Shown here: one piece after another, positions 40,498 to 50,325 of the stretch | How the letters are laid out: each line of letters starts with the position of its first letter | How positions within the stretch are numbered: the stretch's first letter is position 1 | DNA from: an uncultured SAR86 cluster bacterium | GTDB taxonomy: Bacteria > Pseudomonadota > Gammaproteobacteria > Magnimaribacterales > D2472 | Reading direction: 5' to 3' | Assembly: GCA_902559885.1 (NCBI GenBank) | Contig: CACEJU010000002.1 | Coordinates: forward strand, 65,055-129,054 | DNA: 64,000 nucleotides | The notes under the pieces: generated by a model | Databases searched by the model: none | Told to the model about the DNA's origin: nothing | The model's input: the letters and a program-made list of their open reading frames with translations, nothing else | Program-made: the position numbers and the translations under genes

Positions 40498-43400
40498 GAC
40501 AAGATACTCCTTTCTCTCATTTGAGACTTTCATCTGAATATAGTATTACTCAAGGCCTTATTACGGTATCTCAAATAGTTGAATCTGCTGAAAAATATAA
40601 GATTCCAAGCATCGCATTAACTGATGTTGGAAATATGTTTGGACTTGTGAAATTTTTTTCAAAATGTGAATCAAAGGGTATTAAACCCTTATCAGGTGTT
40701 TCATTAAATTTACAGATTGATGAAGACCTTCCTTATGAAATTTTATGCATAGCAAAGAATAACTCAGGACATAAAAACCTTATGTCAATTATTTCAAAAT
40801 CTCAGCGCAATTATATAAACAATAAGCCTGTAATTAACTTTAATGATTTTTGCATGATGAAAGATGATTTAATTATTTTATCTGGAGGCAAGAATAGTCA
40901 TCTATATGAAACCTCAAAAAAGGGAGATATTAATTCACTCGTAAATATAGTTGATACTTTAGCTAGCAACTTTAAAGATAATTTTTTTATTGAAATACAA
41001 AAAACTAACAGAATTGATGAGGATGAGTTTATAAACAACATCCTTCCAATTTCAACTGAGAAAGGGATTCCTCTCGTTGCAACAAATGATGTTATGTTTG
41101 CATCCCGAAGTGATTATGATGTTCATGAAACTAAAGTATGCATAAACACAGGAACTACTTTAAATGACCCAAATAGAAATAGATTTTTTTCTGAGGAGCA
41201 ATATTTTAAAAGTCCTATAGAAATGCTTGAAACTTTTAAAGGTCTTGAAGAGGCAGTAAATAATGCCAACGAAATTGCTAAATTATGTAATGTTTCTTTA
41301 AAAACAGAAGGTTATTTTTTACCAAAATATCCAGTACCAGAAAGTTATAATTTTGATACTTTTCTTAAGGAACTATCAAACAAAAATTTAAAAAAAATTA
41401 TTAAAAATTTTCACCAAACTGATAAAGACTTATATCAGCAGAGGCTAGATTATGAGTTAACTCAAATAAATGAAATGGGTTTTTCAAGTTATTTCTTAAT
41501 TGTTTATGACTTTATCAAGTGGTCCAAAAGTAATAATGTTCCAGTAGGCCCTGGAAGAGGCTCTGGTGCAGGCTCTTTAGTCGCCTTTTGCCTTGGTATT
41601 ACTTCATTGGATCCAATTGAGCATGGTCTTCTTTTTGAAAGATTTCTTAATCCTGAAAGATTGTCGATGCCTGATTTTGATATAGATTTCTGTATGGAAA
41701 AAAGAGATAAGGTCATTGAGTATGTATCAAATAAATATGGAAGTGATGCTGTTTCACAGATAGCAACTTTTGGAACTATGGCTGCAAGAGCAGTAGTAAG
41801 AGATGTTTGTAGGGCTATGGGTAAACCATATGCATTAGGAGATAGGATAGCTAAAATGATCCCATTTGCACCTGGTATGACCTTAGATAGGGCAAGACAA
41901 GAGCAGCCAATATTTGATCAATCAATTAAAAATGATGATGAGGTTAGAGAGATTGTTAATATGTCATATAAGCTAGAGGGAATTGCTAGAAATGTAGGAA
42001 AGCATGCAGGTGGTGTAGTAATAGCTCCCGGTTCAATATCAGAATTCTGCCCAATATATGTAGAAAGACAATCGTCGTCGGTAATGACTCAATATGACAA
42101 AGATGATGTTGAAAAAATTGGTCTGGTAAAATTTGATTTTCTGGGCCTAAGAACTTTAACTGTTATAGATAAAGCAATCCAATCAATAAATAGTCAAAAG
42201 AATTATGAAAAAGCTTTTAATATTGAGAATATTCCTTTAGATGATCAGCATGTATTCAAGATGCTTTCATCAGGTAAAACTATGGCAGTCTTTCAACTTG
42301 AGTCTGCAGGAATGAGGGACTTAATAAAAAGATTAAAACCAACCAAGTTTGAAGAAATAACTGCATTATTGGCGTTGTATAGGCCAGGTCCTCTAGACTC
42401 AGGAATGCATGATGAATTTGTTAATCGTAAACATGGCAAGACCTCTGTTACATACCCTCACGAGTTGCTAGAAGAAGTTTTAAAAGAAACTTATGGTGTA
42501 ATCCTTTACCAAGAACAAGTGATGGAGGCTGCAAGAGTTTTAGCTGGGTTTTCTCTTGGAGAAGCAGATATCTTAAGACGGGCAATGGGTAAAAAGAAAG
42601 TTAAAGAAATGGAAGAGCAAAGAACTTTTTTCAGAGATGGATGTGAAAAAAATAATATTAATAAATCTCTTGCAGATAAAATATTTGATCTTATTGAAAA
42701 ATTTGCTGGATATGGCTTTAACAAATCACACTCAGCTGCTTACGCGCTTATCTCTTATCAGACAGCTTATCTTAAGCACTATTACCCTGAGCATTATATG
42801 GCAGCAGTTCTCTCAACTGAGCTAGGTAATACAGATAAGATTTTCTCACTATTAAAAGAATGCGAGAGGATGAGCATCAATGTAATTAGTCCCAATATCT
42901 TAACCTCCTTCAAAGAATTTGTTGTTAATAAGAATAAAGATATTGAGTTTGGTCTTGGTGCAATAAAAGGCGCATCTAGCTCATTTATAGACCATATTAT
43001 CAATATAAGAAAAAATAATTTTTTTGAAGATCTTTGGGATTTTTCAAGAAAAATTGACATAAAAATGGGCGGAAAAAAATCATTAGAAGCTTTATCTTAT
43101 GCAGGAGCATTTGATTCTATTGCTCCATCAAGAACTGTAGCTATTAAGTGTGTTCAGGATATGCTTAAAGATTCTTCTAAAGGCAGCGCATTAAATGGCC
43201 AGTCAATGGATTTATTTTCAACAAGTAATGAAAAATTTGATCCATATGAGAAATATTTAAAAACTAAAGATTTTTCGCAAAGTGAGACATTAAAATTAGA
43301 AAAGCAATCATTGGGATACTATTTATCTGGCCATCCAGTAAAAGCAATAGAAGAAAAAGTATCCTCATTAACTTCTCATAAAATTAGTGACATAGACTCA

Positions 43401-43934
43401 AATTTAAATAAGGCATCAATAGTTGGACTATTAAATTCAAAAAGACAAATAAAAGATAGATCGGGTAAGCTTCTAACATTTATAAATTTTGATGATGGAA
43501 CAGGTTCTATGGATGGAATTATAGGAAGTGATACATTAGAAAAGATTGATAATAATTTCTCTGAAGGAGACATTTTAGTTTTTCTTGGTTCAGTAGAGTT
43601 AGATGACTACAGATCAAAAGATAGCGGCATCCCTATGTATAGAATGCGTGTAAAAAATGTTAAAAAAATAGATGATGTTTTTAATAAAAAAGTTTCATCT
43701 ATTGTAATAAATGTGGAAAAGTCAAAGTATAAGGATTTAAATAAGATCTCTGATGAAATTAGCAACATAAAAAAAGATTTCTGGATAAAAGATGGCTGTA
43801 AAATAAAGATAAAATTAATAATTCATGATTCAGAAGCAGTTATAGATATGCCAGATGAATTTTCTTTTACACCCAATCTAGAAAATTTAAATTTTCTTAC
43901 AGATATTTTTGGTGTTAATTCTATTGAGATATAA
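40494..43934 (+). CDS. dnaE: DNA polymerase III alpha subunit
   Basis: 1146 aa with a PHP N-terminus (FSHLRLSSEYSI), GLVKFDFLGLRTL, and FNKSHSAAYA. Confidence 0.96.
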   Translation: MRQDTPFSHLRLSSEYSITQGLITVSQIVESAEKYKIPSIALTDVGNMFGLVKFFSKCESKGIKPLSGVSLNLQIDEDLPYEILCIAKNNSGHKNLMSIISKSQRNYINNKPVINFNDFCMMKDDLIILSGGKNSHLYETSKKGDINSLVNIVDTLASNFKDNFFIEIQKTNRIDEDEFINNILPISTEKGIPLVATNDVMFASRSDYDVHETKVCINTGTTLNDPNRNRFFSEEQYFKSPIEMLETFKGLEEAVNNANEIAKLCNVSLKTEGYFLPKYPVPESYNFDTFLKELSNKNLKKIIKNFHQTDKDLYQQRLDYELTQINEMGFSSYFLIVYDFIKWSKSNNVPVGPGRGSGAGSLVAFCLGITSLDPIEHGLLFERFLNPERLSMPDFDIDFCMEKRDKVIEYVSNKYGSDAVSQIATFGTMAARAVVRDVCRAMGKPYALGDRIAKMIPFAPGMTLDRARQEQPIFDQSIKNDDEVREIVNMSYKLEGIARNVGKHAGGVVIAPGSISEFCPIYVERQSSSVMTQYDKDDVEKIGLVKFDFLGLRTLTVIDKAIQSINSQKNYEKAFNIENIPLDDQHVFKMLSSGKTMAVFQLESAGMRDLIKRLKPTKFEEITALLALYRPGPLDSGMHDEFVNRKHGKTSVTYPHELLEEVLKETYGVILYQEQVMEAARVLAGFSLGEADILRRAMGKKKVKEMEEQRTFFRDGCEKNNINKSLADKIFDLIEKFAGYGFNKSHSAAYALISYQTAYLKHYYPEHYMAAVLSTELGNTDKIFSLLKECERMSINVISPNILTSFKEFVVNKNKDIEFGLGAIKGASSSFIDHIINIRKNNFFEDLWDFSRKIDIKMGGKKSLEALSYAGAFDSIAPSRTVAIKCVQDMLKDSSKGSALNGQSMDLFSTSNEKFDPYEKYLKTKDFSQSETLKLEKQSLGYYLSGHPVKAIEEKVSSLTSHKISDIDSNLNKASIVGLLNSKRQIKDRSGKLLTFINFDDGTGSMDGIIGSDTLEKIDNNFSEGDILVFLGSVELDDYRSKDSGIPMYRMRVKNVKKIDDVFNKKVSSIVINVEKSKYKDLNKISDEISNIKKDFWIKDGCKIKIKLIIHDSEAVIDMPDEFSFTPNLENLNFLTDIFGVNSIEI

Positions 43935-43941
43935 TTAACTT

Positions 43942-44931
43942 ATGGCAGATAATCAAAATATTGATGCTAACAAAAATAGCACAGACTCTATTAAAAAGTA
44001 TTTAGACTTTGAAAAACCAATTCAAGAAGTCGCAGATAAGATATTAGCTCTTCAGAGTGCATCCTCAGAAAACCCAGATATAAATTCTCAAATTGTTAAA
44101 TTAGAGGAAGAGTTAAGTGCTATTACAAAAAAAATTTATAATAAGCTATCTATATGGCAAATTGTTCAAGTTGCAAGGCATCCTGAAAGGCCGCATACAT
44201 TAGATTATATAAAACGAATATTCTCAGACTTTGATGAACTGCATGGAGATAGACAGTTTGGCGATGATCAGTCGATTGTTGGCGGCATTTGTTACTTAGA
44301 TCAAACGCCTGTTATGGTCATTGGGCATGAAAAAGGTAGAGATACTGAAGAAAAATTAAGAAGAAATTTTGGTATGCCTCAACCTGAGGGTTACAGAAAA
44401 GCAAAACGACTGATGAAGCTTGCTGAACAATTTTCACTACCAATAATTAATTTTATTGATACTGCTGGGGCTTATCCAGGCATAGAGGGCGAGGAAAGAG
44501 GTCAAAATGAGGCTATTGCATCAAATCTTGCATTATTATCAGAGATTAAGACTCCGGTTATAGCTATTGTTACAGGAGAGGGTGGCTCTGGTGGCGCTCT
44601 TGCTATAAGTGTAGGAGATCATTTATCAATGCTTGAGTATTCTACATATTCTGTTGCATCTCCAGAGGCATGTGCATCAATAATATGGAGATCGTCTGAA
44701 AAAGCTCCAGAAGCAGCTGAGGCAATGAAGGTTTCTTCAAAAGAGTTACTCAAATTAAATATTATTGATGAAATTATAAAAGAGCCTTTAGGTGGTGCAC
44801 ACAGAGATTATGATTTAATGTCATCTGAAATAAAGAAATCCATTCTTAAATCTTTAAAGCAATTTCAAAGTATGCCAATGAAGGAGCTACTAAAAAGAAG
44901 GTATTCTAGAATTATTAGTATTGGTTCCTAG
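43942..44931 (+). CDS. accA: Acetyl-CoA carboxylase carboxyltransferase alpha subunit
   Basis: 329 aa with ARHPERPHTLDY and FIDTAGAYPGIEGEERGQ. Confidence 0.95.
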   Translation: MADNQNIDANKNSTDSIKKYLDFEKPIQEVADKILALQSASSENPDINSQIVKLEEELSAITKKIYNKLSIWQIVQVARHPERPHTLDYIKRIFSDFDELHGDRQFGDDQSIVGGICYLDQTPVMVIGHEKGRDTEEKLRRNFGMPQPEGYRKAKRLMKLAEQFSLPIINFIDTAGAYPGIEGEERGQNEAIASNLALLSEIKTPVIAIVTGEGGSGGALAISVGDHLSMLEYSTYSVASPEACASIIWRSSEKAPEAAEAMKVSSKELLKLNIIDEIIKEPLGGAHRDYDLMSSEIKKSILKSLKQFQSMPMKELLKRRYSRIISIGS

Positions 44932-44933
44932 CT

Positions 44934-45890
44934 TTGAAAGATTTCAAATTTATCCTTGATGACATTGATCTTGGCAAGAAAATTTATATTGGTCTTAGTG
45001 GTGGAAGTGATTCAATTGCTCTTCTAAATATTCTTGCTTCATACAAAAGAGAATACAACCTGGACGTAACTTCTATACATGTAAATCACTCTATTTCTCA
45101 AAATTCAAATATGTGGCAAGAGTTTTGTAAGCAATCCTCAAAGGACTTAGGAATTAACTGTATTGTAAAAAAAATATCCATAGAAAAGAAAGGCCAGGGA
45201 TTTGAGGCAGCTGCTAGAGGTGAAAGGTATAAAGTTTTTAAAGATATATTGTCTGAAAATGATCAGCTTTTATTAGCTCATCATGCTGATGATGTTGCTG
45301 AAACTTTGTTATTAAGGATTTTTAGGGGCACCGGGATTGATGGTCTTCAAGGACCAAGAAGAAAAAGATCACTGGGAAAAGGAAACATCATAAGACCTCT
45401 ACTTGAAATAAGTAAGAGAGACTTAATGGCTTATTTAAATGATAAAAATATAGAATTTATAAATGATGAATCTAATAATAATAGCGAATATGATAGAAAT
45501 TATATTAGGAATGAAATTATTCCATTGATTGAATCCAGATGGCAGAATCATTCGAATAGACTATCTCGTTTAAGCAAGCTAGCAGCTGACAGAAAACTTG
45601 TATTCAATAGATTACTTAATGAATCATATAAAGACTTAATTGGTTCTGAAATAGAAATAAAAAAATTAAAAGAATTACCAAAAGAGCTATGTATGGAGAT
45701 AGTTAGATCATCTGTAGAGCTTAATAAACTTGCAACTCCTAACTTATCTATTATGAATGAAATTTATAAGACTTTTATTTTGTCTAATCCTTCAAATAAA
45801 GCATGTGTTTCATGGTCAAGAATAGATAATGAACAAGCAGGGGGTATGATTACAAAAAGGAATAAAAAAATAATAATTTCTAAAATGTAA
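44934..45890 (+). CDS. tilS: tRNA(Ile)-lysidine synthase (short form)
   Basis: 318 aa from a TTG start, with the PP-loop IGLSGGSDSIAL and LAHHADDVAETLLLR. Follows accA, as in Pseudomonas. Confidence 0.88.
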   Translation: MKDFKFILDDIDLGKKIYIGLSGGSDSIALLNILASYKREYNLDVTSIHVNHSISQNSNMWQEFCKQSSKDLGINCIVKKISIEKKGQGFEAAARGERYKVFKDILSENDQLLLAHHADDVAETLLLRIFRGTGIDGLQGPRRKRSLGKGNIIRPLLEISKRDLMAYLNDKNIEFINDESNNNSEYDRNYIRNEIIPLIESRWQNHSNRLSRLSKLAADRKLVFNRLLNESYKDLIGSEIEIKKLKELPKELCMEIVRSSVELNKLATPNLSIMNEIYKTFILSNPSNKACVSWSRIDNEQAGGMITKRNKKIIISKM

Positions 45891-45943
45891 TTTTAAATAA
45901 TATTAATTTATACTCAAAAAATAAATGACGTGGGAGAGTACTT

Positions 45944-46720
45944 GTGGAATATAAAACTTTAGAACTAAAAACAGAAAATAGTATTAGCATAATTAAAATT
46001 ACTCGTTCTGATAAATTAAATGCTGTTAATGAAGATTTAATTTGGGATTTACAAAACGCATTAGCTGAAATTCAAGATAACTCAAATACCAAAGTAGTCA
46101 TTTTGACTGGAGAAGGTAAGGGTTTTTGTGCAGGCGCTGACTTATCAGAAAGAAATGCATCATGGGAAAGTACGAAAGATGCATTATTAAGGGGCTATAA
46201 ACCCATATTTGAGAAAATTGTAAATTTAAGGCCTCCCGTTATTGCTTCAATAAGAGGTCCAGCTGCTGGAATAGGAGCTGCTTTAGCTCTGTCATGCGAT
46301 CTTAGAGTAATGACAAAAAATTCATACATTATGTCTGTTTTTAGTAATATTGCTCTTGTTCCTGATGGCGGTCTTTCATGGCTTTTACCAAGATTTATGG
46401 GGTATGCCAAAGCATATGAGTATGCTATTGAAGCAAAAAAAATTGAAGCAGAGGAATGTCTTAAGTGGGGGATAGCAAATAAATTAGTAGATGATGAAAA
46501 TCTAGAAAAAGCTACATACGACTGGGCTTTAAATCTAGCAAAAAGATCATCTCAAGCGCTACAAAATACAAAAGAGTTAATGAGAAATTCACTATCAGAG
46601 TCATATTTTGATACTTTTAATAATGAAGCTGAGATCCAAAACAAATTAGTTAGAAGTTCCCAAAATATTGAAGCTGTTACTGCTTTTTTTGAAAAAAGAG
46701 AGCCAAATTTTAAAGATTAA
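45944..46720 (+). CDS. Enoyl-CoA hydratase/isomerase (crotonase) family protein
   Basis: 258 aa from a GTG start, with LTGEGKGFCAGADLS. It is the second crotonase paralogue in the window. Confidence 0.8.
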   Translation: MEYKTLELKTENSISIIKITRSDKLNAVNEDLIWDLQNALAEIQDNSNTKVVILTGEGKGFCAGADLSERNASWESTKDALLRGYKPIFEKIVNLRPPVIASIRGPAAGIGAALALSCDLRVMTKNSYIMSVFSNIALVPDGGLSWLLPRFMGYAKAYEYAIEAKKIEAEECLKWGIANKLVDDENLEKATYDWALNLAKRSSQALQNTKELMRNSLSESYFDTFNNEAEIQNKLVRSSQNIEAVTAFFEKREPNFKD

Positions 46721-48372
46721 TTCAATAGTTTGCTGAGTCCGACAACTATAGCCTCAAAAGAGGCTTGAGTGGTATTTGGATTAATGCCCGCTCCCCATAC
46801 GGTATTATTTTTGTGCTCAAGTTCTATAAACGCTGCAGCTTTAGCATCTGCTCCAGATGAAATTGCGTTTTGGTTATAGTCAGAAACTTTAATACTGAAG
46901 TTAAATTTTTGATTAATAGCATTCATAAAAGAATCAATGGGGCCGCTACCAGCTCCTTGAATATTTATATCCTCGTTCAATATTTTAATATTTAGATCAA
47001 TTTCGTTAACTGAATTCTCTGTTTTCGAAGAGTGTGACTTATATTCAAATCCATTCATTGGTATAAGAAAATTACTTTCAAAAACATCCCATAGCTCTGA
47101 AGCTGAAATTTCTTTACCAGTTTCATCTGCAATTTTTTGAACATGTTTGCTAAGAGTAATCTGTAACCTTCTAGGTAAAGAGACTCCATGATCTCTCTCA
47201 AGCAAGAAGGCTACACCACCTTTGCCTGACTGAGAATTAATTCTAACTACTGCTTCGTATGATCTTCCCAAATCAGCAGGATCAATTGGAAGATATGGAA
47301 CTTCCCATAATGGACTATTTGATGCATTTAATGCAGCAAAACCTTTCTTGATAGCATCCTGATGTGATCCCGAGAATGCTGTAAAAACAAGGTCACCAGC
47401 ATAAGGATGTCTTGGATGGACTGGTAATTGGTTACAGTATTCAACTTCACGCATAATTTTATTTATTTGTGAGAAATCGAGCTTAGGATCAACGCCTTGA
47501 GTGAGAAGATTTAGAGCTAGAGTTACAATATCAACATTACCTGTTCTTTCTCCATTACCAAAAAGAGTTCCTTCAACTCTATCAGCTCCAGCCATAACTC
47601 CAAGTTCTGCTGCAGCAACTGCAGTACCTCTATCATTGTGAGGATGTAAACTTAAATTAATTTGATCCCTATTTTTTAAATTATTATGCATCCACTCAAT
47701 TTGATCCCCATAAATATTTGGAGTAGACATTTCAACAGTAGCAGGAAGATTAATAATAATTTTATTTTTACTAGAATCTCTTAATATATCTGTAACTTCA
47801 TCACAAACCTCACAAGCATATTCAAGCTCTGTACCAGTAAAACTTTCTGGAGAGTATTCAAAACTCCATTCAGTATCAGGGTTTTGTGCGGCCAATTTTT
47901 TTATAAGTTTTGCTCCATTTGTAGCAATATCTTTAATGCCTTTTTTATCTTGATTAAAGACTACTCTTCTTTGAAGTGTAGATGTTGAGTTGTAGAAATG
48001 AACAATTGCCTTTGGTATTCCTTTTAAAGCCTCAAATGTTTTAATTATTAGCTCTTCTCTAGACTGCGTAAGGACCTGAATGGTTACATCTGATGGTATT
48101 TTTTTATTGTCAATTAAATCTCTTACAAAATCATAATCAGTTTGAGATGCAGATGGAAATCCTACCTCTATCTCTTTAAATCCAACATCACAGAGCAATT
48201 TGAACATTCTATCTTTTCTTTCAGCACCCATGGGCTCAATCAGAGCTTGATTTCCATCTCTTAAATCAACAGAACACCAATCAGGAGAATCTGATATTAC
48301 TTGGTTTGGCCAATTTCTATCTTTTATATTAATTGGCTTAAAAGATTTATATTTATTTGTCGGACTATCCAT
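46717..48372 (-). CDS. leuA: 2-isopropylmalate synthase (long, LeuA type 2 form)
   Basis: 551 aa with WCSVDLRDGNQAL, HPHNDRGTAVA and a C-terminal regulatory domain. Confidence 0.92.
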   Translation of the reverse strand: MDSPTNKYKSFKPINIKDRNWPNQVISDSPDWCSVDLRDGNQALIEPMGAERKDRMFKLLCDVGFKEIEVGFPSASQTDYDFVRDLIDNKKIPSDVTIQVLTQSREELIIKTFEALKGIPKAIVHFYNSTSTLQRRVVFNQDKKGIKDIATNGAKLIKKLAAQNPDTEWSFEYSPESFTGTELEYACEVCDEVTDILRDSSKNKIIINLPATVEMSTPNIYGDQIEWMHNNLKNRDQINLSLHPHNDRGTAVAAAELGVMAGADRVEGTLFGNGERTGNVDIVTLALNLLTQGVDPKLDFSQINKIMREVEYCNQLPVHPRHPYAGDLVFTAFSGSHQDAIKKGFAALNASNSPLWEVPYLPIDPADLGRSYEAVVRINSQSGKGGVAFLLERDHGVSLPRRLQITLSKHVQKIADETGKEISASELWDVFESNFLIPMNGFEYKSHSSKTENSVNEIDLNIKILNEDINIQGAGSGPIDSFMNAINQKFNFSIKVSDYNQNAISSGADAKAAAFIELEHKNNTVWGAGINPNTTQASFEAIVVGLSKLLN

Positions 48373-48387
48373 TTTTTTTGTTAAATA

Positions 48388-48843
48388 ATGTTAATATTTT
48401 TAACTATGTTAACTCCTGAGGTAAAAACAAATCTAATCTTAAAAGAATTTGGAGTTGATCGCTATATCAAAAGACCTTCATCCAAAAAAAAATTAACAAA
48501 TAGTTATTGCCTTTACCAAAACGGCTCTATTCTAACATTACTTAATAAATCTATCGATCAACTGGATAAAGATCATTTTGAAATGCTAAATGCAATTGTT
48601 TTATCAACTAAGAAAGCTTCTGGTGAATTTAACTTAATATCTGAATCTGAAAATTTTGATGAATTAACAAGCTTGCTAGCTACTTTACAAAATAAGGATG
48701 TTATTTATTTTTCGGATGATAGTAAAAATCATTTAAATCATACTAATATTATTTGTGCACCTTCAATCAGCAAGTTAATAGAAAATCCAGACTTAAAAAA
48801 AATTCTATGGGATCAAATTAAAGAGAAAATCCTAAAAAAATAA
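48388..48843 (+). CDS. holD: Candidate DNA polymerase III psi subunit (HolD-like)
   Basis: 151 aa, or about 145 from the Met at 48406. It lies immediately upstream of rimI and overlaps it, as holD-rimI does in E. coli. Weak resemblance to recalled E. coli psi at the N-terminus (ILKEFGVDRYIKRPS vs LQQLGITQWSLRRPG) and C-terminus (NPDLKKILWDQI vs NPTARAALWQQI). Confidence 0.45.
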   Translation: MLIFLTMLTPEVKTNLILKEFGVDRYIKRPSSKKKLTNSYCLYQNGSILTLLNKSIDQLDKDHFEMLNAIVLSTKKASGEFNLISESENFDELTSLLATLQNKDVIYFSDDSKNHLNHTNIICAPSISKLIENPDLKKILWDQIKEKILKK

Positions 48844-49274
48844 TGGCAATTTCATTGGTTAAGGCAGAAGATCTTGCTGAAATTTACCAAATTGAAATGA
48901 ATATAAATCCGAGTCCTTGGACTTTAAATATCTTCAAAGAAGTTTTTAGTAAACATAGAGGCATAATTTATTCTCAAGATTTGACTCTAGGCTATTTATT
49001 TTTTTCATCTATTCAAAATGAAGCCCATCTATTAAATCTTGGTGTGAGAGAAGATTTTCAGAGAAAAAAAATTGGCTCTAGTCTTATGGATGCATTTATT
49101 AACCAATGTTACGCAATGGATATTCAAAAGATTTTTCTTGAGGTTAGAGAAGCAAATAACAAAGCAATAAATTTTTACAAAAAAAATGAATTTAAAGTTG
49201 ATGGCATCAGAGAGAACTATTACAAAGATAAAAAAAATAGTAATGCAGTTTTAATGTCTAAAATATTAGACTAG
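48843..49274 (+). CDS. rimI: Ribosomal-protein-alanine N-acetyltransferase
   Basis: 143 aa GNAT protein with LLNLGVREDFQRKKIGSSLM (acetyl-CoA loop). Confidence 0.85.
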   Translation: MAISLVKAEDLAEIYQIEMNINPSPWTLNIFKEVFSKHRGIIYSQDLTLGYLFFSSIQNEAHLLNLGVREDFQRKKIGSSLMDAFINQCYAMDIQKIFLEVREANNKAINFYKKNEFKVDGIRENYYKDKKNSNAVLMSKILD

Positions 49275-49748
49275 GACAGCTTCAATATCTTCAAGCATTT
49301 CTTTAGGCTCAGCCCTTGGACCAAATCTTTTAACAATTTCTCCATCTTGATTGATAAGAAATTTTGTGAAATTCCATTTGATATTTTTTGTACCCATTAC
49401 ACCAGGAGCAGTTTCTTTAAGATATTTATAAAAGGGATCTGCATCGCTACCGTTTACTTCAATTTTATTTAGAATAGGAAATGTTACATCATATTTTAAA
49501 CTACAAAAACTCTGAATTTCTTCATTAGTGCCTGGTTCTTGACCGCCAAATTGATTGCATGGGAAGCCTAAAATCTCTAAACCTTTGTCTTTATATTTTT
49601 TGTATATGTCTTCTAAACCTTCATAGTGATATGTGAGACCGCACTTGCTTGCCACATTAACGACAATAAATGCTTTACCTTTTAGATCTGAAATTTGATA
49701 ATCATTTTGATTTGCATCTTTAACTGTAAACTCATATATTTTTGACAT
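49266..49748 (-). CDS. Glutathione peroxidase
   Basis: Trimmed to the Met at 49748 (MSKIYEFTVKD...). Contains VNVASKCGLT, GFPCNQFGGQEPG and WNFTKFL. Confidence 0.92.
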   Translation of the reverse strand: MSKIYEFTVKDANQNDYQISDLKGKAFIVVNVASKCGLTYHYEGLEDIYKKYKDKGLEILGFPCNQFGGQEPGTNEEIQSFCSLKYDVTFPILNKIEVNGSDADPFYKYLKETAPGVMGTKNIKWNFTKFLINQDGEIVKRFGPRAEPKEMLEDIEAVLV

Positions 49749-49860
49749 AATTACTCCAATTGATGAGCAAGTATACAAAAAATAGACATAAAATAAATAT
49801 ATATTAGATTTGAAAATTATATATATTATTATTTTAAAAAAATATTAATGAGAGAATAAA

Positions 49861-50325
49861 TTGAGCAGCCAAAATAAGATTAATTTTAACTGGAAAAAAT
49901 TTGATCAACTTTCAAATGAAGACCTTTATGCGGTTGCAAGTTTAAGGCAAAAAGTTTTTGTTGTTGAGCAGAACTGTCCTTATTTAGATTTAGATTATTC
50001 TGATCAGGAAGCGATGCATCTTTTGGGGTTCAAAGATAATTCTCTTGTGGTTTACTTAAGAGCATTTCCTCCAGATATAAAATATAAGGGCTCCTCTCTT
50101 GGGAGAATAGTAGTAGATGAATCAGAAAGGAATAATGGGCATGGTGAATTAATTACAAAGATGGGAATAGATTATTTGCAAAAGAACTTCCCTGAATCAG
50201 AAATAGTTATTTCAGCCCAACATAGATTAATGGAATTTTATCAAGCATTGGGTTTTGTTCCTCGAGGATCTGTATATTTAGAAGATGATATAGATCATAT
50301 ACAAATGTATCTAAAGCCTGCTTAA
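49861..50325 (+). CDS. elaA: GNAT acetyltransferase, ElaA-like
   Basis: 154 aa from a TTG start, collinear with recalled E. coli ElaA (LRQKVFVVEQNCPYLDLD, GRIVV, AQHRLMEFYQALGF). Confidence 0.85.
   Translation: MSSQNKINFNWKKFDQLSNEDLYAVASLRQKVFVVEQNCPYLDLDYSDQEAMHLLGFKDNSLVVYLRAFPPDIKYKGSSLGRIVVDESERNNGHGELITKMGIDYLQKNFPESEIVISAQHRLMEFYQALGFVPRGSVYLEDDIDHIQMYLKPA

Noticed and set aside
49749-49860. AT-only inverted repeat (AATATATA...TATATATT) in the gpx<>elaA spacer, considered as a redox-regulator site.
   Set aside because: It is a simple-sequence A/T palindrome of the kind expected by chance, with no resemblance to OxyR- or PerR-type operators that I can recognise.
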